Shown here piece by piece: positions 43,069 through 51,279 of a DNA stretch of 64,000 nucleotides (the first letter of the stretch is position 1; every line of letters starts with the position of its first letter). The stretch spans positions 134,230 to 198,229 of the forward strand of contig CAWBVL010000007.1 of the NCBI GenBank assembly GCA_963792215.1, in the 5' to 3' direction. The DNA is from an uncultured Actinomycetes bacterium (GTDB lineage Bacteria > Actinomycetota > UBA4738 > HRBIN12). The notes under the pieces were generated by a model. The model made no database searches. It was given only the letters and a program-made list of their open reading frames with translations, and was not told where the DNA came from. The position numbers and the translations under genes were made by a program.

Positions 43069-44319
43069 TCATGCCGCCTTCGCCAGCCGGAGCGCCAGGT
43101 CCAGCATCCGGTCCTGCAGGTCGCCGTCGCGACCGTCGGACAGGTTCGCCATCGCGCGGAGGGCGAACGACATGATCCCCCGCCGCGGCAACAGCGCGTT
43201 GGTCGCGCGGCCCATGATCGCCGGCTTGCCGATCACCGATGCGAACCACCTGCCGACCATGAAGTACGCGCCATACGTGTCCTCGAGCAGGCGCGGGTAC
43301 TGCATCGTGACGGCCGGGCGGTCGGTGATCAGCGCCTCGTGGACCAGCTCGGCCGCGATCTGTCCGGTCTCGATCGCGTAGGCGATGCCCTCGCCGTTGA
43401 ACGGGTTCACCGCGCCCGCCGCGTCGCCTACCAGCAGTAGCCCCGGCACCGCCTGCGGCGTCCGGTTCAGCCCCATGGGAAGCGGACCGGACAGCACGCG
43501 TCCCTCGGCCGTCTCCTCGCCGATGCCCCACTCCGGCGGCAGCATCCGCGCGAACGCGTCGAACAGGTGCTGCGCCGAGATGTCCTTGAAGTTCGCGAAG
43601 GTATTGAGGAGTCCCGCGCCGAGGTTGATCCGGCCGCCCGCCACCGGGAAGAGCCAGCCGTAGCCCGGCAGCAGCAGGTCGCCGTCCCACAGGTCGAGCC
43701 ACGACTCGATCCACGGCCCGGGGTGGTAGTCGATGCGGTAGTAGCGGCGCGCCGCGATCCCGAGCGGCTTCTTCGGGTCACGCGTCACGCCCGCCGGCTT
43801 CCCGAAGCGGCTCGCCGCGCCGTCCGCCGCGATCACGAACCGGGCGCGGATCTCGGTTGGCTCAGCGTCACGCTCCCCTGCCGGCCGGACGGTCGCGCCC
43901 GCCACGTACCCGTCGACGAACCGCGGCCCGATCGCCTCCGTCTGCTCCATCAGGCGCGCGCCGGCCTTCACCGCGCGCTGCGCCAACAGATGGTCGAACC
44001 CTTCGCGCGGCATCACGAGGCCGTACGGCGGGAACGACGTCAGGTCGGGCCACGGAAGCGAGATCGTCGTGCGCCGCGAATGCGTGCGCAGCCCGATGAC
44101 CTTCTCGAAGCCGGGGTCGGTGGTGTCGACGCCCATGTCTTCGATCGCCTTGACCGACCGGGGCGTGAGCCCGTCGCCGCACACCTTCTCTCTGGGGAAC
44201 GCGGCCTTCTCGACGACGGTGACGTCGATCCCGTGCCGAGCGAGGTGGTACGCGGTCGCGGACCCGCCCGGCCCGGCGCCGACGACGAGCACGTCGGTCT
44301 CGAACGACTCCACCCTCAC
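43069..44319 (-). CDS. menJ: Geranylgeranyl reductase family flavoprotein, probable menaquinone side-chain reductase
   Basis: VVGAGPGG, FPREKVCGDG, GYGWLFP, GDAAGAVNPFNGEGI; lies directly upstream of nuoA. Confidence 0.78.
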   Translation of the reverse strand: MRVESFETDVLVVGAGPGGSATAYHLARHGIDVTVVEKAAFPREKVCGDGLTPRSVKAIEDMGVDTTDPGFEKVIGLRTHSRRTTISLPWPDLTSFPPYGLVMPREGFDHLLAQRAVKAGARLMEQTEAIGPRFVDGYVAGATVRPAGERDAEPTEIRARFVIAADGAASRFGKPAGVTRDPKKPLGIAARRYYRIDYHPGPWIESWLDLWDGDLLLPGYGWLFPVAGGRINLGAGLLNTFANFKDISAQHLFDAFARMLPPEWGIGEETAEGRVLSGPLPMGLNRTPQAVPGLLLVGDAAGAVNPFNGEGIAYAIETGQIAAELVHEALITDRPAVTMQYPRLLEDTYGAYFMVGRWFASVIGKPAIMGRATNALLPRRGIMSFALRAMANLSDGRDGDLQDRMLDLALRLAKAA

Positions 44320-44356
44320 GCCCCCTCAGACCCAGCCGCGCAGTGACGGCGGGAGC

Positions 44357-44374
44357 TTGTGAAAAGTTTCACAA
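44357..44374. promoter_or_regulatory. Rex-type operator palindrome TTGTGAA-N4-TTCACAA
   Basis: gagc-TTGTGAAAAGTTTCACAA-gctc, 37 nt upstream of the reductase-nuo operon start; rex lies in the same window. Confidence 0.85.
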
Positions 44375-44414
44375 GCTCAGCCTACCGCCGCCACAGGCGA
44401 GCGACCGCGGAAGT

Positions 44415-44849
44415 CTAGCCCTGTGGCCCGTGGTCCCACGTGGCCACGACCGCCGGGACAACCCGTAGGAAGCCAAGGATCGGGACGGCGATGGCGAGCT
44501 GCTCGAAGCCCTCCCCCGCGAGCAGCGTCCGGTACTTGTCGTGCCACGCGCTCATGGGCGCGCGGAGGTCCGGATGCTCCGCGGGCATGAGTTCGGCGAC
44601 GCCTTCCACGCGTGCGCCGGTCAGCTCGGTCCAGTCGCGCCCGCGATCGATCAGGACCGAGACCCGTGGATCGCGAAGGGCGTCCTCCCAGGTGGTGTCG
44701 CCAACACGCGTGGCGACCCAGATCGCGTCCTCGAGCCAGACGAACCAACGCGGGGCGACATGGGGGCCGCCATCGGGGCGAACGGTCGCGACGCGGCACA
44801 TCGGGATGTCCCGGAACAGCCGTCGGATCGCGCTGACGTCTTCGGTCAC
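44415..44849 (-). CDS. Pyridoxamine 5'-phosphate oxidase-like (flavin/F420 split-barrel) protein
   Basis: VATVRPDGGPHVAPRWF, RDPRVSVLID. Confidence 0.82.
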   Translation of the reverse strand: MTEDVSAIRRLFRDIPMCRVATVRPDGGPHVAPRWFVWLEDAIWVATRVGDTTWEDALRDPRVSVLIDRGRDWTELTGARVEGVAELMPAEHPDLRAPMSAWHDKYRTLLAGEGFEQLAIAVPILGFLRVVPAVVATWDHGPQG

Positions 44850-45709
44850 AGCGAGCCCACCAGGGTCGCGAGCGCATCGAGCGCCTCCGCCGCGGTCCGG
44901 TCGAGGCTCGGATCGGCCAGCGCAGCGCGGGAGCTCTCCACCAGCGCGGCGGCCTCGGCGCGCGACGCGCCCGGCACCGCGTCGCCGTCGGCCAGGTCGT
45001 CCAGCAGTTGGAAGGCCGCGCCGAGCGGACGCGCGAAGGCGCCGAGCGCCTCCTCGACCTCGGGACCACCGCCGGCGAGGGCCGCGCCGACCAGCACCGG
45101 CCCTTCCACGGTGTACGAGCCGCCCTTGAGATACGCGACCGTCGCGGGGTCGACATCGACGTTCGCCACTGACAGGTAGGCGCCGAGCGCGAGCTCGAGG
45201 CGCATCCGGGAAAGGCGCGCCACGCCAGCCACCTGTCGGTCGGGCGGGAAGCCGGCCGTCGAGAACAGCTGCTCGGCGAAGGCGGCGGCGAGATCACCGG
45301 CGACGATCGCCACCGCGACCCCGACCCGCTCCGGGTCCGCTTGGCCGCGATCCCTGGCCGACGCGATCTGCCGGGCCCGCGCCGACGGCTCCCCACGACG
45401 CTCGTCGTCCGCGTCCATCACGTCGTCGTGCAGGAGAGCCATCGTGTGGATGAGTTCGACGGCGGCGGCCGCCTGCCAGATCTCCGGTCCGTCCGAGCCT
45501 CCCGCGGCGCGGTACCCCCAATAGGTGCCCGCCGGGCGGAGGCGCTTCCCGCCGGCGCGAACCAGTCGCTGGATCTCTTCTACGGGCTCTGTCGTGCGCG
45601 GATCCACCGCCGCGGCGTCCGCGCGCCGGTCCGCGAGGAAGGCCTCGAGGATCGCGTCCACCCGCGCGACGACCGGCTCGAGCACGGAGTCGGTTGCCGC
45701 CCCTGACAT
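44846..45709 (-). CDS. Short polyprenyl (FPP/GGPP-type) diphosphate synthase
   Basis: GGKRLRP, LLHDDVMD...RRG, AFQLLDDLAD. Confidence 0.82.
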   Translation of the reverse strand: MSGAATDSVLEPVVARVDAILEAFLADRRADAAAVDPRTTEPVEEIQRLVRAGGKRLRPAGTYWGYRAAGGSDGPEIWQAAAAVELIHTMALLHDDVMDADDERRGEPSARARQIASARDRGQADPERVGVAVAIVAGDLAAAFAEQLFSTAGFPPDRQVAGVARLSRMRLELALGAYLSVANVDVDPATVAYLKGGSYTVEGPVLVGAALAGGGPEVEEALGAFARPLGAAFQLLDDLADGDAVPGASRAEAAALVESSRAALADPSLDRTAAEALDALATLVGSL

Positions 45710-45775
45710 GGCGGCAGTATCCCAAGTGCGGGTCCAGCGGCCGTGGGAACGTCTCCCTATCATGTACGCCAGCCC

Positions 45776-47581
45776 ATGAAGCGGACGTTCCGTTCCCTCG
45801 CGATCACCACCGCGGTGCTGACGCTGCTGCTGATCGCGTGGGGCGGGATCGTGCGCGCGACGGGCTCGGGGGACGGATGTCCGGACTGGCCCGCCTGCTT
45901 CGGCCGGTGGATCCCGCGGGCCGAGTACCACACGCTGATCGAGTACACGCACCGTCTCCTTGCGTTCCTGGCGGGCGTCGCGTCGCTGGCCCTCGCCGCC
46001 GTCGGCGGGTGGTCGCTGTTCCGCAAGGGCCCCGTCGAACGGGTTACTGCCTGGCTCGCCGTCGCGCTGCTCCCCCTATTCATCGTCCAGGCGCTGATCG
46101 GCGGTTGGATCATCCACTCCGGGGAGAACCCGAGCGTGGTGACGCTGCACTTCGCCGTCGCGTTCATCGTGCTCGGCCTTGTCGTGGTGATCGCGGCCCG
46201 GACGCTGCTGGGCACGGCCGCGGGCGGGGACCGGACGTACGCGCGGCTAACGCTTCTGGCGGCGGCCGCCACCTACGCGTTGCTGCTGGTCGGGACCTAT
46301 GTGCGGGCCGAGAACGCAGGCCTCGCGTTCCGTGAGTGGCCCCTGATGGGACAGAGCCTCGTGCCCGACCTGTCGCTCCCAGGCGCCGTCGCGATGTTCG
46401 CCCACCGGATGCTCGCGATCGTCGTCGTCGCCCTGGTCGCCTGGACGATGATCCGCGCCCGCACGATGACGCCGCGATCCCCGTTGCTCGTCCGACTCTC
46501 GACCGGGGCGCTGATCTTGCTGGTCATCCAGGTGTTGGTCGGGGGCGCCAACGTGCTCACAGAGCTCGCAACGTGGGCGCGGGCGTCCCACGTCGCCATC
46601 TCCGCGCTGATCTGGGCGACCGTCGTGGCGCTCACCGTCGCTGCCCGCGTCGAGCCGTCCGGCGACCGGTCGCCCGATCGAGCGACCGCCCCCGAGACCG
46701 AGGGCGTCACGCCGCCCACGATGGGCGACACGATCCGCGCTTACGTCGCGCTCACCAAGCCGCGCATCATCGTCCTGCTGCTGATCATAACCGTCCCGGC
46801 GATGGTCCTTGCGGCCGGCACGATCCCGTCGCTCGCGTTGATCCTGGTGACGTTGATCGGCGGCACCCTGGCCGCCGGCGCGGCCAACGCGATGAATATG
46901 TACCTGGACCGCGACATCGACCAGGTGATGCGCCGGACGCGCCAGCGGCCGTTGCCGAAGCACCGGATCGAGCCGGAGGCGGCGCTCCGGTTCGGGTTCG
47001 TGCTCGCCGCGATCGCGTACGCGTTCCTGGCGATCACGGTGAACGTGCTCGCCGCCGCCCTCGCGCTGTCGGCGATCGCGTTCTACGTCTTCGTCTACAC
47101 GATGTGGCTGAAGCGCTCGACCGACCAGAACATCGTGATCGGCGGCGCCGCCGGCGCAGTACCCGTCCTGGTGGGATGGGCGGCGGTCACGGGGTCGATC
47201 GCCATGCCCGCGATCGTGCTGTTCAGCGTCGTCTTCCTGTGGACGCCACCGCATTTCTGGGCCCTGGCGCTCCGGATGCGAGACGACTACGCGGCGGCCG
47301 GCGTGCCGATGATGCCGGTGGTCCGGGGCGACGACGAAACCCGCAAGCAGATCTTCCTGTACTCGCTGGTCCTGTTCGGGGTGACCCTGCTGTTGATCCC
47401 GATCGCCTCGATGGGGCCGGTCTACACCGCGACCGCGGTGGTCCTCGGCGGCGTGTTCGTGTACCGCTGCCTGCAGCTGTGGCGTGAGCCCAGCGACGAC
47501 CAGGCATGGCGGGTCTTCAAGTTCTCCCTGCTCTACTTGGCCGGGCTGTTCGTCGCGGTCGCGATCGACGCGCTGGTCTGA
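45776..47581 (+). CDS. ctaB: Fused heme A synthase (CtaA/COX15) and heme O synthase (CtaB/CyoE)
   Basis: N-half GCPDWPACFG, EYTHR; C-half LTKPRI, DRDIDQVMRRTRQRP, YTMWLKR, WTPPHFWAL. Confidence 0.9.
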   Translation: MKRTFRSLAITTAVLTLLLIAWGGIVRATGSGDGCPDWPACFGRWIPRAEYHTLIEYTHRLLAFLAGVASLALAAVGGWSLFRKGPVERVTAWLAVALLPLFIVQALIGGWIIHSGENPSVVTLHFAVAFIVLGLVVVIAARTLLGTAAGGDRTYARLTLLAAAATYALLLVGTYVRAENAGLAFREWPLMGQSLVPDLSLPGAVAMFAHRMLAIVVVALVAWTMIRARTMTPRSPLLVRLSTGALILLVIQVLVGGANVLTELATWARASHVAISALIWATVVALTVAARVEPSGDRSPDRATAPETEGVTPPTMGDTIRAYVALTKPRIIVLLLIITVPAMVLAAGTIPSLALILVTLIGGTLAAGAANAMNMYLDRDIDQVMRRTRQRPLPKHRIEPEAALRFGFVLAAIAYAFLAITVNVLAAALALSAIAFYVFVYTMWLKRSTDQNIVIGGAAGAVPVLVGWAAVTGSIAMPAIVLFSVVFLWTPPHFWALALRMRDDYAAAGVPMMPVVRGDDETRKQIFLYSLVLFGVTLLLIPIASMGPVYTATAVVLGGVFVYRCLQLWREPSDDQAWRVFKFSLLYLAGLFVAVAIDALV

Positions 47582-48102
47582 TCCCCGAGCACCTGGTCGA
47601 GCACCCCGGACAGCTGGCTCGCACTCGTCGCGCCCGGCCCGATCATGTAACGGATGGTCCCGGTCCGGTCCACGACGTAGGTGTCGGGCAGGCCGACGTA
47701 GTCGAGCGACGCCGCGAACTTCCCCGTAGGGTCGGCGATGCTCGGATACGGCACCTTGTAGCTCTGGACCCACGCGTTGGCCGCCGCGTCCTGGTCCATG
47801 TGGTCGATCCCTAGGAACCGCACCCCGTGGCTCGCGTACCGCTTGGCGACGTCGACGAGTTCCGGCTGTTCCATCTGGCACGGCGTGCACCACGACGCCC
47901 ACGCGTTGATCACGAGCACCTTGCCGGCGAAATCGGCGGTGGACAGCTCGTTTCCGCCGATCGAAGGCCCGCTCAGCGTCGGCAACGGCTTGTCCATCCT
48001 GCGGACGCTCGTGCTCGCGTCCGACGACTGGTCCGTCGTTCGGGTGCAGGCCGCCAGCGCGAACACCGCGACGAGGACGGCGATCCAGCGGACGAGGCGC
48101 AT
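47533..48102 (-). CDS. ResA/TlpA-like thiol-disulfide oxidoreductase lipoprotein
   Basis: Lipobox LAAC; NAWASWCTPCQME; GLPDTYVVD. Confidence 0.87.
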   Translation of the reverse strand: MRLVRWIAVLVAVFALAACTRTTDQSSDASTSVRRMDKPLPTLSGPSIGGNELSTADFAGKVLVINAWASWCTPCQMEQPELVDVAKRYASHGVRFLGIDHMDQDAAANAWVQSYKVPYPSIADPTGKFAASLDYVGLPDTYVVDRTGTIRYMIGPGATSASQLSGVLDQVLGDQTSASIATATNSPAK

Positions 48103-48130
48103 ACGGACCACGGTACCCAACGGCCGCGGA

Positions 48131-49468
48131 TCAGCCGACGGTGACGGTGCCGTTCATGTCCGGGTGTACATCGCAGTGGAAGAAATAGGACCCCGGCGGC
48201 AGTGCAGGGATCTGATACTGGACCGTCTTCACGCCGGTCACGATGCCGCCGGTGAACAACGGGTTCGTCGCTGAGGCGTCGGGGAAGATCGCGATGTCGT
48301 GCGGCACGTTCGCATCCTGATTGTCGAACGTCAGCGTGTACGGCTTATTCGCCGGCAACGTGATCGTCTGCGTGTCGAATGCAAGTCCGGAGGCCGTCAC
48401 AGTCGTCGTGTCCCCACCGGCCGGCGGCGGACCCGAGGTCGGCGGTGGCGCCGAGGTCGGCGGTGGTGCGCTCGTCGGCGGTGGACCGCTGGTCGGTGGC
48501 CCACTGCCTCCCCCACCGGCCGGCGTCACGGTGACCGTGCCGTTCATGTCGGTGTGGATGTCGCACCGGAAGAAGTATGTGCCCGGCTGGAGCGCCGGGA
48601 TCGTGTAATCGCCCTTCCCGACCCCGGTGACGAAGTCCCCGCGGAACAGGTTCTTCTTGGCCGAGCTGTCGGTGTAGATCGCCAGGTTGTGCTGGACGCC
48701 CGAGTCGTCGTTGTTGAAGGTGAACTGCGTCGGCTTCCCCGCCTGGAACGTCAGGCTGTCGGTGTTGAACTGGAGCCCCGACGCCGTGATCGACGACGAC
48801 ACGCCTCCACCGGGTCCCTCGGTGCTCGCGCCGGGTGAGGTCGTGAGCGTGCCGGTCATCGTCGTCGGGTGGAAGCTGCAGAAGAAGAAGTACTTCCCGG
48901 CAGGCAACGAGGGAACCGAGTAGTCGATGGTCGACACGCCCGTGATACCGCCGCCCTCGACGTAGGTCGTTGCGCTCGGGTCCTTCTGCGGGTCGGTCGA
49001 CGCGACCGTGACCTGGTGCTCGACGCCGGGGTCCTGGTTGTCGAACGTGATCGTGAACGGGGTGTCGGACGGTGCGGTGAGGGAGTTGTCCTGGAAGCCG
49101 CTCCCGGCGGCCCCCGACGGTGCGGTGATGGTGAGGACGACGGTCGGGGCCCCGGGTCCTTCCGTGCTTTTCGACGCAAGCAGCAGCGCGGCGCCGGACG
49201 CGAGCATCGCCACACCGATCACGCCGACCCCGACCGTCAGCAGCGACCCGGTGTTCACGCGCTTACGCGAGGCGACGATCCCGACCACCGTCACGATGCC
49301 GGCGGCGGTGACGAACGCGGTCGCGGTCGCGGCATGCGGCTCCATCCGAAGCAGCAACCGCGAGAACCCCCACAGCACGATCCCGATGCCGATCAGCAAT
49401 ACCAGCGGGATCAGGATCGGCAGGAGCAGGCTCTGGCGTGGCCGCGGCGCCTTCGGATCGTCGGTCAT
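48131..49468 (-). CDS. Membrane-anchored protein with three cupredoxin domains
   Basis: Three N-terminal hydrophobic helices; three repeats of F-x-N-x-D-x3-H...Y-F-F-x-C-x2-H-x2/3-M-x-G. Confidence 0.85.
   Translation of the reverse strand: MTDDPKAPRPRQSLLLPILIPLVLLIGIGIVLWGFSRLLLRMEPHAATATAFVTAAGIVTVVGIVASRKRVNTGSLLTVGVGVIGVAMLASGAALLLASKSTEGPGAPTVVLTITAPSGAAGSGFQDNSLTAPSDTPFTITFDNQDPGVEHQVTVASTDPQKDPSATTYVEGGGITGVSTIDYSVPSLPAGKYFFFCSFHPTTMTGTLTTSPGASTEGPGGGVSSSITASGLQFNTDSLTFQAGKPTQFTFNNDDSGVQHNLAIYTDSSAKKNLFRGDFVTGVGKGDYTIPALQPGTYFFRCDIHTDMNGTVTVTPAGGGGSGPPTSGPPPTSAPPPTSAPPPTSGPPPAGGDTTTVTASGLAFDTQTITLPANKPYTLTFDNQDANVPHDIAIFPDASATNPLFTGGIVTGVKTVQYQIPALPPGSYFFHCDVHPDMNGTVTVG
48425..48500 (-). 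repeat. Four 18-nt tandem units encoding PPTS(G/A)P linker
   Basis: Protein GPPTSGPPPTSAPPPTSAPPPTSGPPP between cupredoxin domains 2 and 3. Confidence 0.75.
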
Positions 49469-50292
49469 CGGTGCGCCCCCGCCGCCCGCAGATCGGCCTC
49501 GACGTCACGCAGTGCGAGCGCGTCCCAGCCCTCGACGTCCTCGCGGTGCCCCCAGCGGAAGAAGATCGTCGCGATGAACCCCCAGAAGATCAGCGTGCCG
49601 AGCAGCTTCATCGATAGGCCGGCAACGAGCTGATCGGTCAGCGCCGAGATGCCGAAGACACGTGGGAACGTCTGGTACACGAGGTACAGCGGCTGATGCG
49701 AGAACGTGAGGAACGCCGCGGGCACCATCGGCACCAGCGACTGGACAAACAGGTAGAGCATCTGCACCGGCGGCGTGAGCGGCGGCAGCTCCGGCAGCGG
49801 CGACATGATCGGCCACCACATGATGATCGCCGAGCCCACGAGCACGACGTGCAGGAAGAAGTGCAGCGGCTCGTGCACGACGGCCGAGTCCACGACGACC
49901 GGCCAGTGCGTGATCAGCAGCACCCCATTGAAGATCAGCGTGGCGACGAGCGGCCGCGTCATCTTCTGCCAGGCGAGCGCCACCGTCGGCGGCGACAGCA
50001 CCTTCCGCCACATCCACGCCGGGATCCCGGCGACGAGCATCGGCGCGGCGACCAGTGTGTAGAGCAGGTGCTGGACCATGTGCGCCGTGTACCAGACGTG
50101 CTCGGCCAGGTCGTGCAGCGGCCACATCGACCCGATGAACAGCACGCCCATCCCGGTCAGGAAGATCGTGCGGACGTGCGCCGTGGTGACCTCGCCGGTG
50201 TCGCGCTCGTGCCGGCGCGCCCAGATCAGGTACGCGGCGACGACCGACCCGAGGATCAGGATGACGTCGACGTGCGCGTTGAAGGGCGGCAT
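49465..50292 (-). CDS. ctaG: caa3-type cytochrome c oxidase assembly factor CtaG
   Basis: AHMVQHLL, HWP, LHFFLH, DQLVAGLSMK. Confidence 0.85.
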   Translation of the reverse strand: MPPFNAHVDVILILGSVVAAYLIWARRHERDTGEVTTAHVRTIFLTGMGVLFIGSMWPLHDLAEHVWYTAHMVQHLLYTLVAAPMLVAGIPAWMWRKVLSPPTVALAWQKMTRPLVATLIFNGVLLITHWPVVVDSAVVHEPLHFFLHVVLVGSAIIMWWPIMSPLPELPPLTPPVQMLYLFVQSLVPMVPAAFLTFSHQPLYLVYQTFPRVFGISALTDQLVAGLSMKLLGTLIFWGFIATIFFRWGHREDVEGWDALALRDVEADLRAAGAHR

Positions 50293-50296
50293 CGCG

Positions 50297-50662
50297 TCAG
50301 CCCGCCCACACGCGGAACATCAGCAGCACGACGGCGTACAGCGTGAACGCGCCGATCGCGCCGAGGGCGAACACCCGGGAGAACCGGCCGTTGTCGAACT
50401 TCAGGTGCATGAAGTAGCCGACCACCAGCACGAACTTGATGACCGTGCAGGTGAACAGCGCGACCACCAGCTTGGTCCCGGCGAGCGAGGAGTAGCTGAG
50501 CGCGACCTCGATGCAGGTGAGCGCGATGAGCAACAGCCCGACGCGGAGGTACTCGCGGGCCGACGGGTGATACGCGATGTGCTGCTCGGGCGGGTCGGTC
50601 GGCTTCGCCGCGGTGTCCGGTTCGATCCGGTGTCCGGTCGAGCTCATCGGGTCGGTCTCCAT
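50297..50662 (-). CDS. ctaF: Cytochrome c oxidase subunit IV
   Basis: Y...LTCIEV, KFVLVVGYFMHLKFD. Confidence 0.85.
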   Translation of the reverse strand: METDPMSSTGHRIEPDTAAKPTDPPEQHIAYHPSAREYLRVGLLLIALTCIEVALSYSSLAGTKLVVALFTCTVIKFVLVVGYFMHLKFDNGRFSRVFALGAIGAFTLYAVVLLMFRVWAG

Positions 50663-50664
50663 CG

Positions 50665-51276
50665 CTAGACGGCTCCGTGCGGCGGCGGGGCCGGGATCAG
50701 GTAGACGACCGTGAAGATCACGATCCAGACGATGTCCACGAAGTGCCAGTACAGCCCGACCATCTCGACGGGGAACGCTGGGTCGTCGGACAGCGACCCG
50801 CGGAACGAGAACGCGATCAAGATCAGCAGCATCAAGATCCCGACGGTCACGTGCACGCCGTGGAACCCGGTGAGCACGAAGAAGGTGGAACCGAACAGGT
50901 TCGTGTGCAGCGTCAGCCCCTCGCGGAAGAACGACGTGAACTCGAACACCTGGCCGCCGACGAAGCAGAGGCCGAGCATCGCGGTCGCGAGCAGCCACAA
51001 GCGCATCCGCGCGAAGTCGCGCGCGAGCGCGGCGTTGTGGGCGAGCACCATCGTGAGCGAGCTCGCCAGCAGCACGAACGACGACACCGACGTGTAGCCG
51101 ATGTCGAACACGTCCTGCGGATACGGGCCGGTCGTGCTCTGCCCGCGGTACAGCACGTAGGCGGTGATCAGCCCGCCGAACAGCAGGCACTCCGACGCGA
51201 GGAACAGCCACATCGCGAGCTTGGTCGACCGAAGGCCGGTGGACGTGTACTCGATCGGCGCGTGGATGTCAGACAT
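50665..51276 (-). CDS. ctaE: Cytochrome c oxidase subunit III
   Basis: WLFLASE, LTGFHGVHV, GLYWHFVDIVW. Confidence 0.93.
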   Translation of the reverse strand: MSDIHAPIEYTSTGLRSTKLAMWLFLASECLLFGGLITAYVLYRGQSTTGPYPQDVFDIGYTSVSSFVLLASSLTMVLAHNAALARDFARMRLWLLATAMLGLCFVGGQVFEFTSFFREGLTLHTNLFGSTFFVLTGFHGVHVTVGILMLLILIAFSFRGSLSDDPAFPVEMVGLYWHFVDIVWIVIFTVVYLIPAPPPHGAV

Positions 51277-51279
51277 CGC

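Noticed and set aside
48131-49468. Tri-cupredoxin as a multicopper oxidase or nitrite reductase
   Set aside because: No HxH or HCH motifs for type 2/3 copper; each domain has only a type-1 ligand set
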